DNA from: Polyangia bacterium
GTDB lineage: Bacteria; Myxococcota_A; Polyangia; Fen-1088
Direction: 5' to 3'
Assembly: GCA_036268875.1 (NCBI GenBank)
Contig: DATATI010000091.1
Span: 13,513-77,512, forward strand
Length of the DNA: 64,000 nucleotides
Below are positions 22,660-30,966 of the stretch, one piece after another. Numbering within the stretch: position 1 is the stretch's first letter; every line of letters starts with the position of its first letter. The notes beneath the pieces are model-generated. The model searched no databases. It was not told the origin of the DNA and saw only the letters and a program-made list of their open reading frames with translations. Position numbers and translations under genes: made by a program.

Positions 22660-24294
22660 ATGGATCTGAAAACGATGCGGGACAAAGCTCCGGCTTCTGT
22701 TCGGGCGTGGCGACGGCGAACCATTTTGGCGGCGACGTTGATCGCCGCGGGCGTGGCGACGGCGACGGCGCCGGCCCCGGCCCGCGCGCAGGCGGCGCCC
22801 AACCAGGCCGTCGTCGATCGACTGGTGCAGATGAACCAGAAGGCGCTGGACGACTACGACACGCTGGAGTTTGACTCGGCCAAACGGAGGCTGCTGGAAG
22901 CGCTGGTGATCGGGAAGAAGGCGGGCCTGGACAATCATCCGGTGCTGGCCCGCACCTACGTGCACCTGGGCGCGGTGTATCTCACCGGATACAAGGATCG
23001 GCAGAAGAGCCTGCAGAGCTTTATTCGCGCGCTGGAGATCGATCCCAGCATCACCATTCAAAAGAGCATGCTGTCGAGCGAGCTGGCCGACGTCTTCGCC
23101 CAGGCCACCCGGCAAGCCAAGCCCCGGGCCGCCGCCGCGCCGCCCCCGCCGCCTCCGCCGAAGCCCGCGCCGGTTGAGACCCCGAAGGCGGTCGTCGCGC
23201 CGCCACCGCCGCGTCCAGCACCGGCGACCCAGGCCCACCGGGGAACGCTGCCCGTCGAGGGCGAGGTGCCGCCGCCCCCGCTGCCTGCCAAAGCGTCGGG
23301 GAAAAACCAGGACAGCGATTCAGAGGAGCCGGATCTCCCGGTGCACATCAACGCTCTCGATTGTCCGGTCAACGATGAGACGCCGCCGGAAAAAAACGTG
23401 GCGGTACGCTGCGCGGTGGCGCCCGAGCTGGGCGCCACCAGCGTGACCTTGCTTTACCGCGTACCCGGCTCCGAGGACTTCGTCGAGTCGCCGATGAAGA
23501 AGACGCCCAAGGGATGGTTCGTCGGCCGCATCCCCAAGAAGGCGGTCAGCGGCAAGGCGGTGCAGTTCTATTTCGAAGCGCGCGACCGCGCCGGCAAAGC
23601 CCTCGCCTCCAACGGGCGCGGTGACAGCCCGAACCTGATCTTGATTCGCGAACACGCCGACGGCGACAGCGCTGACGGTGACGACGAGGGCCGTCGCCCC
23701 GAAGTGGAAGAAAATCCTTTGGAGGATACGCGCGACGTCCCGTCGCAATTCGGCCGCCGCCGGTGGTGGCTCGGCCTGATGGCTGGCTCGGGCATCGGGT
23801 ATGCGGGCGGCGACGGTCCGGAAGCGCGCACAGAATTGAGGGGCGTGTTCTTGCCCGGCATCGCCTTCTCGTCGCTCGGTCACCTGGCGCCCGAGATAGG
23901 CCTGCAGCTTGGCGCGCACCTGGCGCTGTCGCTGCAGGGCCGCAATCAATACATCCCGCAAGCAAAGAAGTACGAACGCTACGCCGCCACCGGGGCGCAG
24001 TCGGTGTTGCTGCGTGTCCTGCTGATGACCGGTCAACACCGCGTGCGGGCTTACGGCGCCGCGATGGTGGGCGGCGGCGAAGGCTTTCGACTGGTGATCT
24101 ATCCTGACCCGCAGGATCGCAACTTCAAAGACACCGTGCGCGGCGGCCCCGGCCTGGCGGGGCTGGGCGCCGGCGTCACCGTCGACGTCACCTCCGCGTT
24201 CTCGCTGGTGCTGGAGCTCAACGGCCTGGTCGGGTTTCCGCATTTTTCCGCCGTCGCCGACGGCCACGCCGGCTTCCAGGTGAATTTCAACTGA
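22660..24294 (+). CDS. Secreted (RRR signal) protein with TPR-like N-domain, Pro-rich linker and C-terminal beta-strand-rich domain ending in F (outer-membrane-like)
   Basis: Signal peptide, alternating hydrophobic C-terminus ...AGFQVNFN. Confidence 0.55.
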   Translation: MDLKTMRDKAPASVRAWRRRTILAATLIAAGVATATAPAPARAQAAPNQAVVDRLVQMNQKALDDYDTLEFDSAKRRLLEALVIGKKAGLDNHPVLARTYVHLGAVYLTGYKDRQKSLQSFIRALEIDPSITIQKSMLSSELADVFAQATRQAKPRAAAAPPPPPPPKPAPVETPKAVVAPPPPRPAPATQAHRGTLPVEGEVPPPPLPAKASGKNQDSDSEEPDLPVHINALDCPVNDETPPEKNVAVRCAVAPELGATSVTLLYRVPGSEDFVESPMKKTPKGWFVGRIPKKAVSGKAVQFYFEARDRAGKALASNGRGDSPNLILIREHADGDSADGDDEGRRPEVEENPLEDTRDVPSQFGRRRWWLGLMAGSGIGYAGGDGPEARTELRGVFLPGIAFSSLGHLAPEIGLQLGAHLALSLQGRNQYIPQAKKYERYAATGAQSVLLRVLLMTGQHRVRAYGAAMVGGGEGFRLVIYPDPQDRNFKDTVRGGPGLAGLGAGVTVDVTSAFSLVLELNGLVGFPHFSAVADGHAGFQVNFN

Positions 24295-25546
24295 GCGCGG
24301 CCAGCGCGGCGGCGGCGCTGGCGGGACGGCGAGCGGGATCGGGCTCGGTCAACTGCGCGATCAGCGCGGCCAGGCGGCGACCGTCGAGGGTCAGCGTGGC
24401 CAGGGCCTCGGGGTTCAACGTGGCGGGCCGGTAGATGCCGGTGACCAGATCGGCTTGACCACGCAGCGGCACGCCGGTCAGCACCTGCCACAGGATGGCG
24501 CCGGCGGCGAACAGATCAGTCGCGGGCGAGGCGCCGGCGCCCTGAAATTGTTCGGGCGCCAGATAAAGCGGCGTGCCGGCCGGCGCTTCCTCGCGGCCGG
24601 CGCGCGGGGCGTTCTCCTCGCGGCCGGGGGCAAGCTGGGCGATGCCAAAGTCCGCCAGCACCACCTGTCCGGGCGCGCGCAAAAGTAGATTCGACGGCTT
24701 CAGATCGCCGTGAACCACGCCCTGGCCGTGCACGTAGACCAGCGCCCCCAGCAAGCTGCGCGCGGTGCTCGCGATCTCCGCCGCGTCGAGCGCCGGCTGG
24801 GCGCGCAGGCGGGCGCGCAGCGTGCCGCCGGCCAGGTATTCCATCGACAGGGTGCGCGTCGGTTCGTCGAGATCGTAGATGGCGATCACGCCGGGATGGC
24901 GCAGGGCCGCGGCCAGGCGCGCTTCGGCGAAGAAGCGCCGTCGCATTTCTGACCGCGCCGGCGCCGCCAGCTGCGGGTGCAGCACCTTCAGCGCCACTGA
25001 GATCCCCAACATCTCGTCACGCGCCAGATAGACCGCCGACGTCGCCCCCCGGCCAAGCTCGCGCAGCAGGCGATAGCGCAAAGTCTCGACACCCTCGGGC
25101 GAGATCAGCGTCGCGGCCTCGCCGCCGACGGGCAGGTCGGCTTCGGCTTGCGGGCGCAAGGCACGCAGGCGGGCGCGCGCCTGGGGATCGTCGACGTCGT
25201 CGGCCAGCACCCGCTCCCAGCGCACCGCCGCCCGGCCCAGCTGACCTTCCGCCTCGTCCAGCTCGGCCAGCGTGCGGTTGGCCTGGCGGGCCGGCTCGTC
25301 GGCGAAGGTGCCGGGGCGATCCAGCGCCGTCAGCTGCCGGCGCGCCGCCGCCGCGTCGCCGGTCTGAAACAAGAGGCGACCCAGGCGCAACCGATTGGGC
25401 GCGTCGTCGGGATGCCCATCGACGTGGGCCCGCAGCGCCGCCGCCGCCGCCCCCAGATCGCCATGGCGTTCCAGTCGATCGGCAGCCCGCAACGGGTCTT
25501 CCGGCGTGGCCGTTGATCCATCGCGCCGCGAAAAAGCCGAGGCCAT
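24287..25546 (-). CDS. Ser/Thr protein kinase with N-terminal TPR region
   Basis: GRGATSAVY..ALKVL..HGDLKPSNLL..DFGIAQ..PLYLAPEQ. Confidence 0.85.
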   Translation of the reverse strand: MASAFSRRDGSTATPEDPLRAADRLERHGDLGAAAAALRAHVDGHPDDAPNRLRLGRLLFQTGDAAAARRQLTALDRPGTFADEPARQANRTLAELDEAEGQLGRAAVRWERVLADDVDDPQARARLRALRPQAEADLPVGGEAATLISPEGVETLRYRLLRELGRGATSAVYLARDEMLGISVALKVLHPQLAAPARSEMRRRFFAEARLAAALRHPGVIAIYDLDEPTRTLSMEYLAGGTLRARLRAQPALDAAEIASTARSLLGALVYVHGQGVVHGDLKPSNLLLRAPGQVVLADFGIAQLAPGREENAPRAGREEAPAGTPLYLAPEQFQGAGASPATDLFAAGAILWQVLTGVPLRGQADLVTGIYRPATLNPEALATLTLDGRRLAALIAQLTEPDPARRPASAAAALAALS

Positions 25547-26793
25547 CAGATCACCTCGAAGCGCAACGTCGGCGCGGTTGTCGCGGCGCCGGCCGGCCGC
25601 ACCTCGATGACGTCGCCGTGCAACAGATCGCAGCCGGCGCCGATCAGTTGCCCATCGACGCGCACCGCGACCTCGGCCGCGCGTCCGAGGCGCGCCACGC
25701 CGCTCGCAAATCCGATCGACAGGCCGGCCGCTTCGGCGAGCAACCGATCAAGCGGCAGCGGCCCGTCGCCGACCACCGCCAGCAACGCCCGATCGAGACC
25801 GGCGCCGCCCGTCAGCACCGCCGCGCCGTCGGCGTCGACGCTGAAGCGCAACGTGCACGTCGCGCCCAGCGACAGCTCGCCGTCGCCGTGCAGGGCCAGG
25901 GCCGCCGATACCAGCGCGCCGCCCAGGCGCACACCCGAACGCGAGCCGGCGTCCTCGATGGTCAGCGCGCCATCGCGGCGGGCCAGCAAGGCGTGGCGGC
26001 GCGACACGCCCGGATCGCGCAGCGGGATCTCTGCCGCCGGATCGCGTCCCAGCAGCGCCGGCGTGGCGGCGAAACGGACGCTGCGTCCGTCGGGCAAGCG
26101 AAGGGTGACGCCGCGGCCGCGGCAAAGCCGACTGTCCAGCCGATGCCCGAGCTCCCGCGCGCTGGCCGCCTCGGCGGTTCCTTCGGAGATGGCGGCCGCG
26201 GCGCTGACAGCGGCCAGGCGTTCGCCCGCGCCCAGCAACGTCTCGAACCGGCGCATGGCATCGACCGCCGTGGTCCGCGCGTGCTGCCGTCGCTCGATGC
26301 GGGCCAAAGCTTCTTCCATCTGCTCTATGTCGCCCAGGGCGGCGAAGGCGTCGGCGGCGTGGGTGTCGTCGCCCAACTCCTCGAAAAGGCCGGCCGCGCG
26401 CCGGTGCTCGGCGGCGGCGAACAGCAGCGTGGCGGCCAGGCGGACCGCGCGCTTGTCGACCTCGCTGTCCAGCGGCCTGCGCGTGAAGGTCAGCAGCGCG
26501 TTGGCGGCGGCGCAGCGGGGCGCGCGCAGCTCGCGATCGGCCGCCGCCGCTTCGCGCTTGCCGCGCCGACGGGTGCGCGCGACATCGTGAAAGGCCTGGG
26601 CCGCCGCCGTCAGATCCGCCAGCCCCACGCGCGGATTGGTCTGCGGCGTACCGGCCATCTTGAAAAGGAAGGTGATGGCCTCCCAGTTCTGCTGGGTGGC
26701 CAATCGTTCGACGAATCCACCGACGTCGTGCGCCTCCGCCGCTTGCAGGATCTCGCTTAGCGAGATGGTGCGTTCATCGGTGGGTCCCGGCAT
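25546..26793 (-). CDS. FHA-domain protein
   Basis: LGRDPAAEIPLRDPGVSRRHALLARRDGALTIEDAGSRSGVRLGG FHA signature; stop overlaps kinase start. Confidence 0.75.
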   Translation of the reverse strand: MPGPTDERTISLSEILQAAEAHDVGGFVERLATQQNWEAITFLFKMAGTPQTNPRVGLADLTAAAQAFHDVARTRRRGKREAAAADRELRAPRCAAANALLTFTRRPLDSEVDKRAVRLAATLLFAAAEHRRAAGLFEELGDDTHAADAFAALGDIEQMEEALARIERRQHARTTAVDAMRRFETLLGAGERLAAVSAAAAISEGTAEAASARELGHRLDSRLCRGRGVTLRLPDGRSVRFAATPALLGRDPAAEIPLRDPGVSRRHALLARRDGALTIEDAGSRSGVRLGGALVSAALALHGDGELSLGATCTLRFSVDADGAAVLTGGAGLDRALLAVVGDGPLPLDRLLAEAAGLSIGFASGVARLGRAAEVAVRVDGQLIGAGCDLLHGDVIEVRPAGAATTAPTLRFEVI

Positions 26794-28351
26794 GGAGTAT
26801 CATTTCATTATGCTCCAGCGTGTCGCGCTCGGGCAGGTGCGCTTCAACCTGCCGGGCCTGTCCACCGACGGGCGGGGCGTGGCCACTGGCCGGCAGTGCG
26901 CGATCCGGTTCGGAGCCATCGATCGGCTGGTGGCGTTCTTTCGCATCCTTTCGGCGCAGCGCAATCTGGATGATCTGCAGCCCGGCCTGCGCCTTTTGAA
27001 CGCCCGCGGCGCGGCTGGCCCGCGCGAGATGATCGTCATCCTGCCGACCGGATCGACGCACCTGGCGGACGCGATCGCGTCGGCGGCGCGCACCGCCGGC
27101 GGCCAGTGTTTCACCGGCGATTTGAAACATTTCGTGCAGTACCGCGACGGGCGCGCGCCGCTGGGCTACGACGCCGCCGAGGTGGCCACCGACCCGAGCG
27201 AAATCATTCTTTACGCCGCCGAGCAGACGGTGGCCTACCAGATCGAAAGTGAGCTGCCGTTTCCCAAGCTGCTTTTGCGGCTGCCCTTGCAGCGCCAGCA
27301 CGGCGTCCCCGCGGGGCCGCCCAGCGGCGGCCTGCTTTATGTGGTGGTGCGCCGGGGCCTGGGTCCGACGGTGGCGCAGTATCTTTACCGCGCGCAGCGG
27401 CTGGCGCCGCCCGGCGCCGGCGACGGGCGGCCTTGGCTGCGGGCCGCCGCCGCCTTGTGTGACGAGAGCAGCGACGGCAGCGCGTTTCAGCCCGGCCGAT
27501 CGTTCTGGTTGTTTCGTCTGGAAGGCCTTCCGGCGCGGATGATGGGCCTGCTGTCGTCGACGCCGGGGCTGGAACCATACGTGCCGGCGACGGACAACGT
27601 GGCCGTGGCTCTTGGCCATCGCCATCCGATTCATCTGGAGGCCTGCAAGTCCAGCTTTGCCGGCGATCGATTTTTTCTCTTCGCCGCCGGCGGGCGCGGT
27701 GTCACCGTGCTGTCTGCCCTGCCCACGCTGACCGCGCTGGAAGATCTGGTGCGCGTCGGCGGCGCCCGCGCGCAAGCGCCCGAGGTGACAGCGGCGCGCC
27801 TGGGTCCTCGTCCCGAGGTGGCCGTGCCGCTGCGGCTGGAAGCGGTCTCCGACGTCGAACGGCGGGCGGTGGCCACCTTGATTCCGTGGCGGCAGGTGTC
27901 GTGGTTGCGGCGCCTTTGTTACGCGCTGCCGGCGCCGGCGCTGCGCTCGCACCGGGTGGCCTTGCTGGATCGGGGCGTGCTGGTCCTGTCGTCGGGCGTG
28001 CTGGACGGAATTCCCTTCGGCATGTTGCTGGACAGCGCGGCGCCGGACGTGCTGGTGCCACTGGGGGCGCGGCTGCGACCGGCGGTTTCGCCGGCCCTGC
28101 TGGCGGCGAAGGTCGGCGCCAAGGACGGCGCGGTCGTCGTCTTCCCCGCGCTGGACGCCTTGCCCTTTCGCGTCCCGCCCGAAGTCATCGAGCCGCTGGA
28201 GCGACAGATCCTGGGCAGCGCCGAAGCCATCGCCGTCGACGCCGCCGAGCCGCGCCGCCACCCCACGCAAACAGTGGAGCCGGCGCCGGTGGAGATCGAA
28301 AACGACTGGCTGGGTCCCATGCCGCTGTGGGGACTGGGGCCGACGCGGTGA
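26792..28351 (+). CDS. Hypothetical protein A (519 aa, no recognisable motif); first gene of 4-gene module
   Basis: High GC3, AT-rich translation start; antisense ORF 26774..28270 is R/Q/H-rich junk. Confidence 0.6.
   Translation: MEYHFIMLQRVALGQVRFNLPGLSTDGRGVATGRQCAIRFGAIDRLVAFFRILSAQRNLDDLQPGLRLLNARGAAGPREMIVILPTGSTHLADAIASAARTAGGQCFTGDLKHFVQYRDGRAPLGYDAAEVATDPSEIILYAAEQTVAYQIESELPFPKLLLRLPLQRQHGVPAGPPSGGLLYVVVRRGLGPTVAQYLYRAQRLAPPGAGDGRPWLRAAAALCDESSDGSAFQPGRSFWLFRLEGLPARMMGLLSSTPGLEPYVPATDNVAVALGHRHPIHLEACKSSFAGDRFFLFAAGGRGVTVLSALPTLTALEDLVRVGGARAQAPEVTAARLGPRPEVAVPLRLEAVSDVERRAVATLIPWRQVSWLRRLCYALPAPALRSHRVALLDRGVLVLSSGVLDGIPFGMLLDSAAPDVLVPLGARLRPAVSPALLAAKVGAKDGAVVVFPALDALPFRVPPEVIEPLERQILGSAEAIAVDAAEPRRHPTQTVEPAPVEIENDWLGPMPLWGLGPTR
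26795..26812. promoter_or_regulatory. AT-rich island (gagtatcatttcattatg) at the junction of divergent genes; TATCAT -10-like box 6 nt before ATG 26810
   Basis: Only AT-rich stretch in ~2 kb of >70 % GC sequence. Confidence 0.3.
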
Positions 28352-29679
28352 CCGTCGACGCCGCTCACCTTCTGGCGGCTGGTGGCGGCGGCGAACTGGT
28401 CGACGCGGCCACCGACTTACCCGGCGGCGACCAAGGCGGCTCCGGCGCGGCCACCGACGACGCCGGCGCCGATCGCGCGCTGCTTCGATTCGTCACTCGG
28501 TTTTTGCTGCCGCTGGTGCGGGGAGGCGCGCTGCACGTCGGCCGACCGCTGGGACCGCGCCTGGTCGATCGGCTGTCGGCGCGCGTGGCCGTGGGCGGGC
28601 TGGCGTCGTCGGCCTGGTCGACGAAGGCGTTGGCGCCGGCGCCGGTGTCGTCCTCAGCATCGTCGGGTGTTCGTGGCGACGACGTGGTCGGCGCGCTGGC
28701 GGCGGGCCGTCACGCCGTGGCCTTGCGGTTGTTGTCGCGCGCGCGGGTGCCGGCGCTGGACCCGGCGACGGTGCGGCTGGGCGCGGCGCTGCACAACCTG
28801 CTGGCGCTGACCCACCCGGCGATCGAAGGCCGTGGCGCCGAGGGAAGGCAGGGCCGCATCGCCGTCGCCGCGCTGGAACTGGCCGCGCTGGGCCCGCCGC
28901 GCACCGTGGCCGAAGCGGTCGATCGTCATTCGCTGCTGGCGCGCCTGCCCGAGATCGGGCGCTCGGATCGTCTGGTTCACTATTGGCTGGGGCGCCAGGC
29001 GTTCGTTGGGCGGATGCCGCCGCGGCGGGTGACGGCGATGCCGCGTCTGCGGCAGGTGCGGGTCGAAACCTTCCGGCGTGGCTGGCTGCGCGAGATCGGG
29101 ATGCCGGTGTGCGCACGGCCGGCGTTCCTGGCCCTCAGCATCGCCAACCCGCTGGGCGAGACCGAAGATCTCTTTCGGCTGGAGCCGCCCGTCGGCTGGA
29201 GCCGCATCTTGCCGGCGCTGCGTTTTCCTGAACTGTCACGGGTAGTCGCCGGACGCGTGGTCGAGCAAGGGGTGCTGCGCGCGGGCGACGTGCTGGCGGA
29301 CGCGCTGTTTCGGTTTGCTTCGGGGCACGATCCGCCGGGCGGCGTCAGCCCCAGCGGGGCGGCCATCGCGTTCGCCATCCGTTTTTTATCGCATTGCCTG
29401 TGGCTGGATCTGCTGTTCGGCTCGCCGGCGGGCGCCGCCAGCGTCACGGCTGATCGTCCGCCGGGCCTAGATCTGGCGGTGATGCTGGTGGCGGCGCAGC
29501 GGATCTCGTCGGCGCTGGTTTGGCCGCCCGACGTGGCGCCCACCAGCGATCTCGGCCGGCGCTTCATCGATCGCATGGCGGCCATGGCGTCGCAGGTGCG
29601 CGAACGGCGCTCGCCGCGTTTTGACACCGCGGTGGGCGTGGCCAGCTTGGCCGCGCCGTCGCTGCGGTCGCCGCCGTGA
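28348..29679 (+). CDS. Hypothetical protein B (444 aa, GTG start overlapping stop of A: GTGA)
   Basis: Frame-1 ORF; only start compatible with upstream gene is GTG 28348. Confidence 0.5.
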   Translation: MTVDAAHLLAAGGGGELVDAATDLPGGDQGGSGAATDDAGADRALLRFVTRFLLPLVRGGALHVGRPLGPRLVDRLSARVAVGGLASSAWSTKALAPAPVSSSASSGVRGDDVVGALAAGRHAVALRLLSRARVPALDPATVRLGAALHNLLALTHPAIEGRGAEGRQGRIAVAALELAALGPPRTVAEAVDRHSLLARLPEIGRSDRLVHYWLGRQAFVGRMPPRRVTAMPRLRQVRVETFRRGWLREIGMPVCARPAFLALSIANPLGETEDLFRLEPPVGWSRILPALRFPELSRVVAGRVVEQGVLRAGDVLADALFRFASGHDPPGGVSPSGAAIAFAIRFLSHCLWLDLLFGSPAGAASVTADRPPGLDLAVMLVAAQRISSALVWPPDVAPTSDLGRRFIDRMAAMASQVRERRSPRFDTAVGVASLAAPSLRSPP

Positions 29680-29748
29680 ACGACGCGCGCTGCGATCGGA
29701 GGCGCGCGCCGGCCGCGCCGTCGGCATTCGTTATATAGTGAAGGCTCG

Positions 29749-30966
29749 ATGTCCGTCAGCGAAACAGCCCCCGGACGCATCCAATCGGTGCTGGATGCTG
29801 ACGCCTTGCGCGTGGGGCACAAGCTGCGCGAGGTGGGGCGCGAGCTGGACCAGCGTTACCTGGACAAGTCGGAGCTGGTGCGCCTGCTGCTGGTCACGCT
29901 GGTGGCCGGCGAGCACATGCTGATCGTCGGCCCGCCCGGCACCGCCAAATCGGCGCTGGTTCGGCACCTGGCGCGCCTCATCGATGCCCGCTATTTCGAA
30001 TATCTGCTGACCCGGTTCTCCGAGCCGAACGAGATCTTCGGCCCGGTGGACATCAAGGCTTTCCGCGAGGGCACCTACGTGCGGCGGGTGGAGGCGATGC
30101 TGCCGGAGGCGGAGATCGTTTTTCTCGACGAGATCTTCAAGTCGAACTCGGCCATCTTGAATGCGCTGCTGAGCATCCTGAACGAACGACGTTTCTTCAC
30201 CGGCAGCGTCAGCCTGAAGGTGCCGCTGTGCTCGCTGTTCGGGGCGACCAACGAAGTCCCGAACGACGACGCGCTGGGCGCGGTGTTCGATCGATTCTTG
30301 GTCCGGGCGCTGTCGGACAATCTGGACAGCTTTCATTTTCACGGGCTGGTCGAGCGCGGCATCCGCGGCGAGATCGCCGAGATCAGCGGCGCCGACGAGA
30401 TCCGCCGCCCGCTGCTGGCGCTGGCCGACATCCGCAAGCTGCAGACCCGTCTTGGTCAGTATCTGCAGTTCCCCGAAGAATGGATGGCCCGCTATAAAGG
30501 ATTCATCTTTCAGATCCGTTCGGAGGGCGTGACCATCAGCGATCGGCGGGTGGTCAAGCTGCTGAAGCTGTTCGCCGCCAGCGCCATCATCGACGGCCGC
30601 GCCACCGTCAACGACGGCGATTTTTTCGTTCTCAAGCACGTGTGGAACAGCGTCGATCAGGTGCCGATCCTGGCCGACGTCGTCGGGCCGGCGCTGGACA
30701 AGCACCACCGCGAGCACCCGGACGAAAGGCGCAGCGGCGCCACCGCAGCCGACCTTGACGGCATCCTGCGCGAGCTCGGGGTGATACGCGGCCTCTTGCT
30801 GGGCGGCGAGCCGCTGTCCGACGTGCAGCTTTTCTCGCAGCTGCGCAACCTGCAGGAGATCCGTTCGGCGCTGCAGGCGCTGGGCACTGACACCGCCAAG
30901 CAGATGGCCGGCGAGGTGGACAAGCTTTTGGAAGGCGTCTTCGAATCGAACCAATGGACCGGATGA
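29749..30966 (+). CDS. MoxR-family AAA+ ATPase, RavA-like (no LARA domain)
   Basis: Walker A GPPGTAKS; YFEYLLTRFSEPNEIFGPVDI and EAEIVFLDEIFKSNSAILNALLSILNERRF align with E. coli RavA. Confidence 0.85.
   Translation: MSVSETAPGRIQSVLDADALRVGHKLREVGRELDQRYLDKSELVRLLLVTLVAGEHMLIVGPPGTAKSALVRHLARLIDARYFEYLLTRFSEPNEIFGPVDIKAFREGTYVRRVEAMLPEAEIVFLDEIFKSNSAILNALLSILNERRFFTGSVSLKVPLCSLFGATNEVPNDDALGAVFDRFLVRALSDNLDSFHFHGLVERGIRGEIAEISGADEIRRPLLALADIRKLQTRLGQYLQFPEEWMARYKGFIFQIRSEGVTISDRRVVKLLKLFAASAIIDGRATVNDGDFFVLKHVWNSVDQVPILADVVGPALDKHHREHPDERRSGATAADLDGILRELGVIRGLLLGGEPLSDVQLFSQLRNLQEIRSALQALGTDTAKQMAGEVDKLLEGVFESNQWTG

Noticed and set aside
25513-26760. 415-aa plus ORF antisense to FHA gene
   Set aside because: No motifs; FHA frame has domain signature and high GC3.
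26774-28270. 498-aa minus ORF antisense to gene A
   Set aside because: R/Q/H-rich; gene A frame has codon bias and coupling to B.
27886-28347. N-terminal 154 codons of the 597-aa ORF for gene B
   Set aside because: They overlap gene A in another frame. The only coupling-consistent start is GTG 28348.
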